From positions 86,859,272 to 86,911,995 of the forward strand of contig NC_058132.1 in NCBI RefSeq assembly GCF_016433145.1: a stretch of 52,724 nt of DNA, in the 5' to 3' direction. Positions 46,540-52,724 of the stretch are shown here, piece after piece. Position 1 is the stretch's first letter. Every line of letters starts with the position of its first letter. Source of the DNA: Gracilinanus agilis (lineage: Eukaryota). Under the pieces are notes generated by a model, which had not been told where the DNA came from, ran no database searches, and was given only the letters and a program-made list of their open reading frames with translations. Both the position numbers and the translations under genes were made by a program.

Positions 46540-48190
46540 GGAAATGACTGGAATCTTGGAAGAGAAAACTAGTCACTCTATTCTAGAATTTCTATGAAGG
46601 AAGCAAAAGAAAGCTGGGAACAGTTTAAAATGCATCTTTGTTGACCAGAAAGCAGATTTCAAAGGTTAGAGGAAAGATAGGATACTGTGAAGAAAAAGAC
46701 TTTAAGTGAAGTCAGCCAAAAAAAAAGAATGAGAGAATCTAAAAAATAATATTCCAGTTTTACAGTGGAAAACAAATCCGATGAGAAGGGTAAATTAGAT
46801 TTGGTTGAAGAGATTGCTGTGAATGCAAAGGAAACATAAACAAATAGATCAAAAACAAATTTACTGTGGATTTAAGTAAGGAAGCGTAACAGATGATAAA
46901 AATAAATGTATGACATGATCCAATAAAAATGTTGTCAGGAATATTAACAGAATGAACTAGAGTATATGAGGCAAGCTAAAGGTAATTATAATGAGGTATT
47001 TAAGCAATATAAGGGAGAAAAGAGGTTTAAAGAAGGTATAAAACATTTCCTTCAGGAAAGATAGTTTTATGGTAGTTAATAACAGAGAAAGCAATACAGT
47101 TAACTGTTATTTCTCTTTTTTCTGTAAAGGATAAGGAACAACACACTGGAAATAACAAAATAAAAATGGCTAATGTGAGTTGATACCCAAGGTAAATAAA
47201 GAGTTCTTAAGAAAAGACCAAGTTATCCTTGATCTTGCCAAGATAAAATAAATCCTCAGGTCCTGAAATAACTAAGCTTTTGCTGGATCAATGTGAATGC
47301 TGAGATGTAATTGCTGAGCCACCAGAAATAATAACTGACAAATCACTGGACATAGGAGATATGCCACATGATTATGGAAAAACAAACATTATCTTGATTT
47401 TCCCCCAAAATGGAAGTAATTGGGAGTTAGATTCAAAATGAAAGAAGGGAACATACCATTAAAAAGATAATTTGCAAACATCTAGAAAGGAAGTGGTTAT
47501 TATAAAGAGCCCACATGACTTCATCAAGAACATGAAATGCCAAAATAACATTTTGACAGGATTTCTAGACTGATAGATGAAAAAATATAGTACAACTAGC
47601 AGATGGATAACTCTGAACACAGTTTATCTAAATTTTAGCAAAACTTTTGGTAAGATAAGGGGGCAGCTGGGTAGCTCAGTGGAGTGAGAGTCAGGCCTAG
47701 AGACAGGAGGTCCTAGGTTCAAACCCGGCCTCAGCCACTTCCCAGCTGTGTGACCCTGGGCAAGTCACTTGACCCCCATTGCCCACCCTTACCAATCTTC
47801 CACCTATGAGACAATACACCGAAGTATAAGGGTTAAAAAAAACTTTTGGTAAGATAACTTTTACTGGTATTTTTAGAAAAAAAGGATAGGTAAGTATAAT
47901 ACCATGAAATGCAAAATAAAACAATCCATTCAGAAAAATTCAGAAGTAGTTGCCTCTCTGAACTGAAAGAGTCAATAATTCAATGTCAGTGTAAAAGGAT
48001 ATTTCCTGTGGAGCACCCCAAAGTCTGTGCTTGGCCATTCACTATTTACATTGCTATTATGGATTTGAATAAATGCATAAATAGTGCACTAATCAAATTT
48101 TAAGATGACCTAAAGCTAGGATGCCTAGGTATCACACTGAATGACAATTATGATTCAAAAATATCGTTAAAATCTAGAACATTGGACAGA
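46540..48190 (+). mobile_element. decayed CR1/L3 ORF2 fragment, SINE nested
   Basis: gtaattgctgagccacc...cactggacataggagatatgcc...tgtggagcaccccaaagtctgtgcttggcca...ttaagatgacctaaagctagg resemble CR1 RT. Confidence 0.55.
47659..47838 (+). mobile_element. young SINE1-like element
   Basis: A box tagctcagtgg, B box ggttcaaacc; 19-bp TSD aaaacttttggtaagataa (47640-47658, 47839-47857). Confidence 0.96.
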
Positions 48191-48699
48191 AGAAAAGGCC
48201 AAGAATGTCAGAGAAAATTAGAAAAGGTAAACTGGGAAGGAAGGACACATAGAAGAATAGATATCAAACTATGTTAGAAGTCACCAAGCCGGAAAAAAAT
48301 CATAAAAATTATTTGATACTAGTCAAAATAGTGTTGATCTTAATGGAGGTTAGAGACTCAATGTCATCTTGGTACTTAGGCTGTCCAACTCAGCATTCAG
48401 TTCTGTGTCCTGCCTTACCCTCACAAAGGTCTTTTGACTTCAGATCTGCCACCTCCTCTTTCCAATCACCAAGCTCCAGTAGCCTAATTCTCTAATTAGG
48501 CCTATACTCACAGTCTAATACCAAGTGTGAGATGACATAGGACCCAGTTAATTGATGGCAAACACAATACACAAAATCATGACATATTGCTATAAAAATG
48601 ATGTCAAGAATACTAAAACTGCAAATGACTGAAATCTGCAAAGATGTGCCAAGAAAATAAAAAAATGCTTTGTTTTTTCTTTTTCTTTCTATTTACACT

Positions 48700-49400
48700 A
48701 ATGGAAAGAGAAAGGTCAAAAGAGTTTGGACTTCTCTTCCAAGTAGACAAGGATGATAGTAGATGATATAGAGAAGGTAGAATAATTCAGCTTCTTTTCT
48801 TTTCCTGTCTTTCTGCCAAAGTCAATAATTGTCCTAAGAAAAATAAAAGAAACATGATTAACAATGAATTAAAAGATAATTAAAAAACAAAAAGAAATAA
48901 AAGAATCAAAAGAAAAAAGATGAAATGGTAAAAAGAGCACTTTTTCTACCCTTAGCGAGCATACTCCATCATAATGGAGCACTAAAAGAATGTGTAGGGT
49001 ATGATTACAAATGCTCTGTCCATAATCTTTGATAAACTCTGGATAAGAGGCAAAAGGTACAAGACTAGAAATGGCCAAATGCTGTTCCTTTTTCAAAAAC
49101 AGAAAGCAAATAGTGGCTGCAAAGTCCAAAATGATTAGTTTATATTTGATTCATTAGTGGTCTATAGTAGAATATTAAAGATTTTGTTTAGGAGTATTTA
49201 AGAAGGGAAAGAGTCATTATTACAATTCAACAAATATGAATGGAAATTCTCACCCAAATAACCACATTCCCTTTTTTGTTAAATTAATGGTACTGGTAGA
49301 TCAAAGGAATGCCACAGCCATGGTACACCTAGATTTCATCAAGAAATCTGAGAAAGTCTCTCATATTATTTATTGCAGACAAATTGGAGAAAGGAAAATT
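48700..49400 (+). mobile_element. second decayed CR1/L3 RT fragment
   Basis: ataatctttgataaactctgg...gactagaaatggccaaatgctgttcctttttcaaaaa...acacctagatttcatcaag. Confidence 0.45.
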
Positions 49401-50589
49401 ATGTGATAGGAAAGTTCAATTCAATTAAAAACTTCACTACTCGTTACCCACTCTATTCCATTCATGATCCTGGGTACTATGGATAAGGACAATATTGAAA
49501 TAATTATGATCATAAGAAGTTCAAAGTCTGTTGGATGCATACAAAATCTGCACAGAAAAATAAAAGGAATATTGGATAATCTGATGAGAAAGAGAGCATT
49601 AAAAAGATGTGTGATAAAGGAAATCTTAAGAGACAAGTGCCACCTGATCTGAGCCTTAAGAGGAGATTTCTCAGAAACAAGGACAAAGAGAGATCGATAT
49701 ATTCTAGGTAATGGGATTAATTGTGTGTAATGAGAGTGGTTTGTGTCGCACCTATGGCACAGGGGTGAGAGAAGGAATGATGAGTTCTGGAAACAGAAAG
49801 TATTTCAATTTGGCTGGCATATGGGGATACATGAGACAATCTGAAAAGAAAATGCCTTCTTGTCTGTAATTCTTCCTAATTACATAACATATCCTCTATA
49901 CTTTGAACATATGATTTTAGAACCCAATTTCAGGATTCAGGACTTTATGATTATCTGGATAATTATTCTAGCCTATTAAGATCTTTATAGATCTTAAATC
50001 TATAATCCTAGAGTTTAGTTGCCCCTTCTAGCTTTTTGTAATCAGAAAATCTGAAATATACAGCTTCACTTAAGTCATTACTGTTGAATGGACAGTGCCA
50101 GTAACAAAGTATTGTAGACCTGCATTAAAGAGTATTTCTAGATTTTTGTAAATTAAATTATATTTTCATTAATTATTTATTCATATAAATTTCTTAAACA
50201 TCACTTTCATACTACTGTGTGATATAATATTTTTGAAAAATTGAAAGGTAGCATAGTGTAATTGATAGGAAATCAGCCTAAAAGTCAGGAAGTTGGGGTT
50301 TAATTACTGCCCATTGGTAGTGTAATTTAACTCTAGCTTCTCAGTGCTCTTAGTAGCTCTCAAAAATTGTAAGTTGGTGAGAAAAAGCTGACTTGCACTA
50401 GCCAACAGTTTACTCATCCAGGAGTTTCCTATATCAATGAAATCATACTTGTAGTTCCTATTCAGTGATATAATTAACCAATAAGTTCTAAATCAACCTC
50501 AGAATTCCTCTAGATGGGGGGTTCTTAACCTTTTTGTGGCATGGATACCTTTAAATGGCTGGAAGTGACCCTGGCCTCCTTAATGTACT

Positions 50590-50850
50590 TCACACAAGAC
50601 GCTCCATTCTGACTTTACATTTGCATTGGCTGTTCCCCTTACCTATAAATCTTTCCCTCTTTACCTCTCTCTCCAACTGTCATTGGCTTTTTCCAAGTCC
50701 CAGCTAAAATTTCATCTTATGAAAGAAACCTTTTGTGGTCTTCCTTAATGCTGTTTATTATTTCCTATTTACTTGTTGATTGCATTTTGTCTTGTATCCC
50801 CTGGACCCTTTAACTTGTGAGCTCTTAAAGAGTAGGTACTGGGTGATGTT

Positions 50851-50895
<45 letters not shown>

Positions 50896-50950
50896 CTTTG
50901 TATCCACAGCTCTTGACACAATGCCTGATTCTTCAGTTGACTGACTAGAA
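50590..50950 (+). mobile_element. L2 3' end containing a 41-nt poly-T (50853-50893)
   Basis: ttccaagtcccagctaaaa...ttgtgagctcttaaagagtagg...tttgtatccacagc. Confidence 0.65.
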
Positions 50951-52524
50951 GACAGTATGCTAAATACTGAGGATACAAATAAAATCAAACCAGACCTTCC
51001 CTACCATTAAGGTAATAGGTAACTGAACAAGTATTCAAAATTCAAATGATATGATCTTCTCTTGCAGCACAGTGATAAATATTTGCTGAATTAAAATCAA
51101 TCTAATCATGAAATGTATCTTATGTCTCTTTATGGAATAATATGACAAATGTATCTGGGTTACCTATGTAGTCTATATTTGCATTTGCCTTGTTTCTGGA
51201 GTATCTTAAAATCATATTTTTCCCCAATATTTCTCCCCCTACGCCAGGAAAACCTGGCCCAGTCCCATCTTTCTAGTTCAGTTGAAAATCTCCTGAAAAG
51301 CCTTGGTTCTTCAGTCTAATTCAGCCCAGTGTACTTCTCAGTCATCTTCCTTAATATTACTTCTGTTGCTCCTCAGGGTGAACTTCCCAGGCTTCCTTAA
51401 ATTATCAAGCCTACTCAAAAAGCCACTCACCAAAAGAATCTGCCTTTCCTATATCTTCTCATAGGCTTCTCTGTCTAAAACAGTGGGTTTTAGGTTCTGA
51501 AGAGTGAGTCTTTGTACTAGTATAATCAGCCTCCTTAGATTTGCCTCTGAAGGGCATTTCCCCTGAGTCTGGAGTTTGGGGAATAGAAATCCTAGCTTCA
51601 TTCATTTAGCCTAGTGTATTGATCCCTCCAATTTAATCCCGTAGGTGCTAGAATCTCTTTGTTATCTTGGAATGAGATGATTTTGGATTTTATGGCAAAG
51701 GATACTATTTCCTTCATTATACTAAGAATTTTCCAAGGATAAGGACCATCATCAATTCATGCATAAATTACAGAGAGACTGTCTCTTCTTAATGTTAAGA
51801 ATTCACTAGTGATGGGGTGATTCACCTCCTAATCAGAATGGGAGATTCCCAAGAGTTATGATTATACCTCCTTTGATAGATTAGGAATTTACAAAATTAC
51901 AGAATTAGAGAATAACAGAATCATAAAAGTTCATAGTTAGAAGGAACCCCAATGGTCATCTAGTTTAACCAATGTTGAAACAAAAATCCCTTTTCTAAAA
52001 TACCCATCATGTATCCATCTAGTCTTTCTTAGTCCAGATCAATTTCTATTCCATCAGGTTTCTTGCAGTCCAGGGTCTTTCCAGTTGCTTGAAATAAAGG
52101 ACATTCTAAGGACAAAGCTGGATGGATCCCCCATTAGATTGGAAGTTTGAGGTGGTCAAGAATTCTGTCTCCTTTTCCCTCTGGATTGTGTATGAGGTCT
52201 ACTATACCCCCAACCTCTCCAATACATCCTCTGCAGAGCTGTAGCAATTTTGCTAAAGTACAAGTCTAAAAATATCACTCCTTAAACTCAATAAACTTCT
52301 TTGGCTCCCTATTACCAATAGACTACATCCAATCACCTATTTTGGAAACTGAAAAACCTTTACAACTCTGCCCAAATTCTTTCATCTTACTCTATATAAC
52401 TTGCCTTCACACATTCTTCAGAAGAGATATAGTGACCTAGCTGGGGTTCCTCACTCAAGATACTTCTCTTTGCTTTTGCATAGGCTTTATTCCATACCCG
52501 GAATGAATTTCTCCTCCTCTATGA

Positions 52525-52724
52525 CTTTTTTTTAACATTTATTAATATTCATTTTTAACATGGTTACATGATTCATGCTCCACCTTTCCCCTTCAACCCC
52601 CCCGCCCGCACCCCCCCCCACCCATGGCCGATGCGCATTTCCACTAGTTTTGTCATGTGTCCTTGGTCAAGACCAATTTCCAAATTGTTGGTAGTTGCAT
52701 TGGTGTGGTAGTTTCGAGTCCACA
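52525..52724 (-). mobile_element. young L1 3' end (runs off the window)
   Basis: poly-T, ttaacatggttacatgattcatg...C-rich tract...gcgcatttccact with CpGs retained. Confidence 0.85.

Noticed and set aside
47659-47740. tRNA gene (A and B boxes present)
   Set aside because: tRNA-derived SINE head with CORE, A-tail and TSD; same for the other copies.
1-52724. Class I long-range enhancer (J element) or a novel multi-gene system
   Set aside because: By eye I saw no cluster of the AAACTTTTC-type motif with homeodomain sites, and no non-OR host genes. The window is explained by ORs plus repeats, apart from the items listed. An alignment to the mouse/human J element would settle the first point.

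Overview
Mammalian genomic DNA, almost certainly a didelphid marsupial (opossum), inferred from marsupial-type SINE1/L1/hAT/LTR repeats. It is part of a class I olfactory receptor cluster with four intact, single-coding-exon OR genes, all on the minus strand: two OR56A-family (8577-9521, 24930-25871) and two OR52E-family (34950-35885, 45262-46203). The spacers are mostly transposon debris (L1, L2, CR1/L3, MIR, young tRNA-derived SINEs with TSDs, solo LTRs with 4-bp TSDs, an ERV remnant with an Arg-tRNA PBS, hAT MITEs), microsatellites and one 90-N gap. I found no convincing previously undescribed multi-gene system. Items most worth follow-up: (1) a near-perfect TA-flanked foldback at 4765-5052 that I cannot assign to a family; (2) a 68-bp templated copy of OR56 coding sequence 138 bp past that gene's own stop; (3) a Tn5 mosaic-end remnant at the gap edge (library artefact); (4) candidate paralogous OR56 promoters/non-coding first exons and an O/E+homeodomain composite upstream of an OR52E gene; (5) overlapping uORFs on both OR56 starts. 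Repeat and subfamily names come from my recall of consensus sequences, not from database searches. Boundaries of old repeats are approximate.
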